DNA of 64,000 bases from Macrostomum lignano. Taxonomy: Eukaryota. A program made the position numbers and the translations under genes. Of this stretch, positions 60,601 to 64,000 are shown piece by piece. Below the pieces are notes generated by a model. It saw nothing but the letters and a program-made list of their open reading frames with translations, was not told the origin of the DNA and searched no databases. The stretch is taken from positions 93,270 to 157,269 of the forward strand of contig NIVC01002605.1 in assembly GCA_002269645.1 (NCBI GenBank), in the 5' to 3' direction. Position 1 is the first letter of the stretch. Every line of letters begins with the position of its first letter.

Positions 60601-63600
60601 AAGACGAGGGAGAGGCTGGAGGTCAGCAGCGAGACGACCTGCTGATTCTGCCAGACAGCCCAGATGACAACGACGATAATGACCGTCAGTCCGGTCGGGC
60701 CGGCGACAACGACGAAGATGATGAGGACACCGAGGAGGACGGCTGCGTTGAGGAGGACGACGAACGGGCCGCCGCCGTGGCCGACTTGGCGGCTGCCGCG
60801 GTGGCTGCGGCGGCGGACAGCGGGGGTGCCGGCGATCGGCCGAGCTCAGCGCCGAAAAAGTCCCCAGTTACGAATATCGCGTCGTCGAACTCGGCGCTGA
60901 CAGCCGCTGTCGCGTCGGCGGCATCGTCGGCCGCTGCGTCGGCTGTCGGCTCAGCGGTTGGCGACCTTCGCCAGCTGGCCGAGGCTTCCAGGCTGCAGTC
61001 GCAGCAGCTGGCTGAACTCCAGCGCCAAGTGGCCGGCCAGGCAGCCCAGCTGGCCTTGCTGGCCGATCAGCACCGGCAGCAGAGCGGCAGCTTCGATCAG
61101 ATCAGCAGGACACCCTGGCCGGTATCCGGCAGGCTGCGCTGACTTCGCTTGACCGGCTGCAGCAGGAGGTCCGCGACGAGGTGCACCGGGAGATGTCGGC
61201 TACGAATGCCGCCGTCCAGGAAAATATCACTAAGTTTATTCGATCGAAAGGCACCGTTGATACTATTGGCAAAACCACTGCTCAGTGTGTGCAGGTGAGC
61301 AGATCTTTCTATGTTTTGATTGCTGTTTCTTTAGTTCTTAGTTTGTTAGTTTAGCTACTTGTTAGTTAGTCAATTAGTCACTTAGCTACTCAGTCAGCCG
61401 GTCAGTTGGCTACTCAACTAGCTACTCAGCTAGCTACTCAGCTTGCTACTCAACTGGCTACTCAGCTAGCTACTCAGCTAGCTACTCAGCTAGCTACTCA
61501 ACTGGCTACTCAGCTAGCTACTCAGCTAGCTACTCAGTCAGCTACTCAGCTAGCTACTCAGTTGGCTATTCAGCTAACTACTCAGTTGGCTACTCAGTTA
61601 GCTACTCAGCTACTCAGTTAGCTACTCAGCTACTCAGTTAGCTACTCAGCTACTCAGTTAGCTACTCAGCTATTCAGTTAGCTACTCAGCTACTCAGCTA
61701 GTTCCGTTCGTCACCCGCGCTGCGGAATCGAACATTGATATTTATTGTTTCTCTACAACCAATTTGCAATCCAGGGCCCCCTGGTGAATGCCTACAAGGA
61801 CATGTGCAACAACCTGTTGTTCCCCGGCTGGAACAGATGAGCCAGGAGCTGTTCACGCAGCTTAACACCGCTTTCAGCGCAGGTCTCAACGAACTCATAG
61901 CTAAGGTGCGTGAAGAGACCGAGGCCATTGCCAGAGAGCAGACTCTGGTTAAGAACAAGGAGATTAGCAGTCTGAAAGCTGCCTGCACCGATGTGAAATC
62001 TGATCTGCGCTCCACTGCCGAGTCTATTCGGAAGGAGGTGAGAATGCCGTTTTTTAGACAATCGCTATCTACTCAGCTAGCTACGCAGCTAGCTACTTAG
62101 TCAGCTACTCAGTCAGCTACTCAGCTAGCTACTTGGTCAGCTACTCAGCTAGCTACTTGGTCAGCTACTCAGCTAGCTACTTGGTCAGCTACTCAGCTAG
62201 CTACTTGGTCAGCTACTCAACTATTCAATCAGCTACTCAGCTAGCTACTTAGTCAGCTACTCAGCTAGCTACTTAGTCAGCTACTCAGTCAGCTACTCAG
62301 CTAGCTACTTGGTCAGCTACTCAGCTAGCTACTTGGTCAGCTACTCAACTATCCAATCAGCTACTCAGCTAGCTACTTAGTTAGCTACTTAGTAGCTTCT
62401 CGAACCATCGTGATAGTCGCCTTCAACTCGGCCTTTCAACCGCCAGAATAATCAACCAGGATTACATGGATAATCCCCTTCCCTAAATATTCCTCTCAGG
62501 TTGACAATCCCTGGCCCGTCTGGGCGAGCAGCAGCAGCAGCAGCGCGCCAATTTCTGGAACAACACAGCGGCTGATGCAGGAGCAGCAGCAGATGTTCCA
62601 ACAACAAATGCAGCAACAGATGCAACAGCTGTTCCAGCAGCAGCAGCAACAGCAGCAGGACACACAGCAGCAACAGCAGCAACGCCTGGCTCTGCGCTCA
62701 ACCCTGGTGACGCCGGTGCCGCAGAAGCAGCAGGCAACGCCGCATAGAAGACTATCGCGAGGCGGTGAATCGGCTTTGGCTATGCAAGACTACAATCGGG
62801 CTTTCAAGGAGGCGCTGTCGTCTACTAGACTCGAACTGGTGCTGGATCTGTGCAACAGAGTCAAACCTTTTGACCTGTTCCGGTCGCCCAATCTGGAGCA
62901 GCAGTTATCTTGTCGCTGATTCAGCAGCTGGGACGAAACCTGCTTGAGCGGACCAAGTTGAAGTGCGACTATCTGCAGGTAACCGAGTGGGTCGGGTCAT
63001 GAGTGGTCATTAAGTCATTGAGCGAGTCATTCAGTGTCATTGAATGCATCGAGTCATCAGTAGGTAGGTCATTAGTGGGTCGTTATAACTGAGTTAGTCA
63101 ATAGGTCATTGAGTGAGTCACTGTGTTGCACTGAGTGAGTCACTGTGTTGCATTGAGTGAGTCACTGTGTTGCATTGAGTGAGTCACTGTGTTGCATTGA
63201 GTGAGTCACTGTGTTGCACTGAGTGAGTCACTGTGTTGCATTGAGTGAGTCACTGTGTTGCATTGAGTGAGTCACTGTGTTGCATTGAGTGAGTCACTGT
63301 GTTGCATTGAGTGAGTCACTGTGTTGCATTGAGTGAGTCACTGTGTTGCATTGAGTGAGTCACTGTGTTGCATTGAGTGAGTCACTGTTGTTGCACTGAG
63401 TGAGTCACTGTGTTGCATTGAGTGAGTCACTGTGTTGCATTGAGTGAGTCACTGTGTTGCATTGAGTGAGTCACTGTGTTGCACTGAGTGAGTCACTGTG
63501 TTGCATTGAGTGAGTCACTGTGTGGCATTGAGTGAGTCACTGTGTTGCATTGAGTGAGTCACTGTGTTGCATTGAGTGAGTCACTGTGTTGCATTGAGTG

Positions 63601-64000
63601 AGTCACTGTGTTGCATTGAGTGAGTCACTGTGTTGCATTGAGTGAGTCACTGTGTGGCATTGAGTGAGTCACTGTGTGGCATTGAGTGAGTCACTGTGTT
63701 GCATTGAGTGAGTCACTGTGTGGCATTGAGTGAGTCACTGTGTTGCATTGAGTGAGTCACTGTGTGGCATTGAGTGAGTCACTGTGTGGCATTGAGTGAG
63801 TCACTGTGTTGCATTGAGTGAGTCACTGTGTGGCATTGAGTGAGTCACTGTCTGCATTGAGTGAGTCACTGTGTGGCACTGAGTGAGTCACTGTGGCACT
63901 GAGTGAGTCATTGAGCCGCCCCATCCCGCAACCCACCCGAACCAGGAGTCATTCGACTATCTCCGCCCAGAGGAGTCGGTGGTCCGCGAGCACGGCAAGC
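54638..64000 (+). CDS. EDC4: Enhancer of mRNA-decapping protein 4 (Ge-1/VARICOSE). Exons ~54638-54657, 55276-55570, 55958-56409, 57553-57665, 57752-57838, 58632-59019, 60061-61294, 61775-62037, 62500-62978, 63946->64000. At least five -1 frame breaks in this sequence.
   Basis: WD40 part: KFAWTQQFYNGHLVA, VDIAFAH, HRLTWCPYI, AISPEGGLVAS, WKPHEGRPV, NRELKLW..DNWACLQTLQF. Acidic/Ser linker, then ENITKFIRSK. C-terminal AFKEAL...LVLDLC..V.P..LF...VILSLIQQL...LKCDYLQ. Confidence 0.9.
54725..55190. repeat. 16-bp minisatellite GGGTCAGTGACTGTTT
   Basis: Directly visible. Confidence 0.95.
55625..55838. repeat. 20-bp minisatellite CACTGAGTCACTTGCACAGT
   Basis: Directly visible. Confidence 0.95.
56460..57515. 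repeat. 24-bp minisatellite GATTCTCATGGTGCACAGGTGTGC
   Basis: Directly visible. Confidence 0.97.
57860..58620. repeat. ~48-bp minisatellite (TCAATGTACATTGGCTAGCATCGGCAAGCACTCCCCCATGC...)
   Basis: Directly visible. Confidence 0.95.
59155..59900. repeat. Mixed minisatellite built on GGGTCAATCAGT
   Basis: Directly visible. Confidence 0.92.
61380..61700. repeat. 12-bp minisatellite AGCTACTCAGCT
   Basis: Directly visible; same family at 62068-62392. Confidence 0.94.
62068..62392. repeat. 12-bp minisatellite AGCTACTCAGCT
   Basis: Directly visible. Confidence 0.94.
63110..63912. repeat. 22-bp minisatellite GAGTGAGTCACTGTGTTGCATT
   Basis: Directly visible. Confidence 0.97.

Noticed and set aside
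55958-62978. Programmed -1 ribosomal frameshifting in EDC4
   Set aside because: No X-XXY-YYZ slippery sites, and five sequential events would give negligible full-length protein.

Overview
Eukaryotic (metazoan) genomic DNA with GC-rich exons and canonical GT-AG introns, most of them filled by a private minisatellite. This style suggests the flatworm Macrostomum, but that is inference only. Three host genes are present. (1) Midasin/MDN1 lies on the minus strand, with 22 exons from ~38930 running off the left edge and all six AAA modules visible. (2) YTHDC1, the nuclear m6A reader, is on the plus strand at 49226-52448 in 2 exons. (3) EDC4/Ge-1, the decapping scaffold, is on the plus strand from 54638 to beyond 64000 and carries at least five -1 frame breaks that resemble long-read homopolymer errors. 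The main discovery is an apparently intact 11,069-bp EnSpm/CACTA-type DNA transposon (12062-23130) inserted antisense in an MDN1 intron, with 14-bp perfect CCC-ended TIRs, a TT target duplication and TCCGG subterminal repeats. It encodes a DDE transposase and a coiled-coil/BEN-domain protein. Unexpectedly, it also encodes a protein with a clear CtIP/Sae2 C-terminal domain (RKxExR...TCxECE..Y...RHR...NF...P), preceded by acidic SQ/TP repeats. CtIP/Sae2 activates MRN/MRX, which opens hairpin-capped ends, the donor-site intermediate inferred for CACTA excision, so this may be a transposon-borne DNA end-processing module. The interval ~38940-49200 is an AT-rich, CpG-depleted graveyard of decayed DNA transposons (a MULE fossil with a nested insertion, plus MITEs). 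All exon boundaries were read by eye and are predictions.
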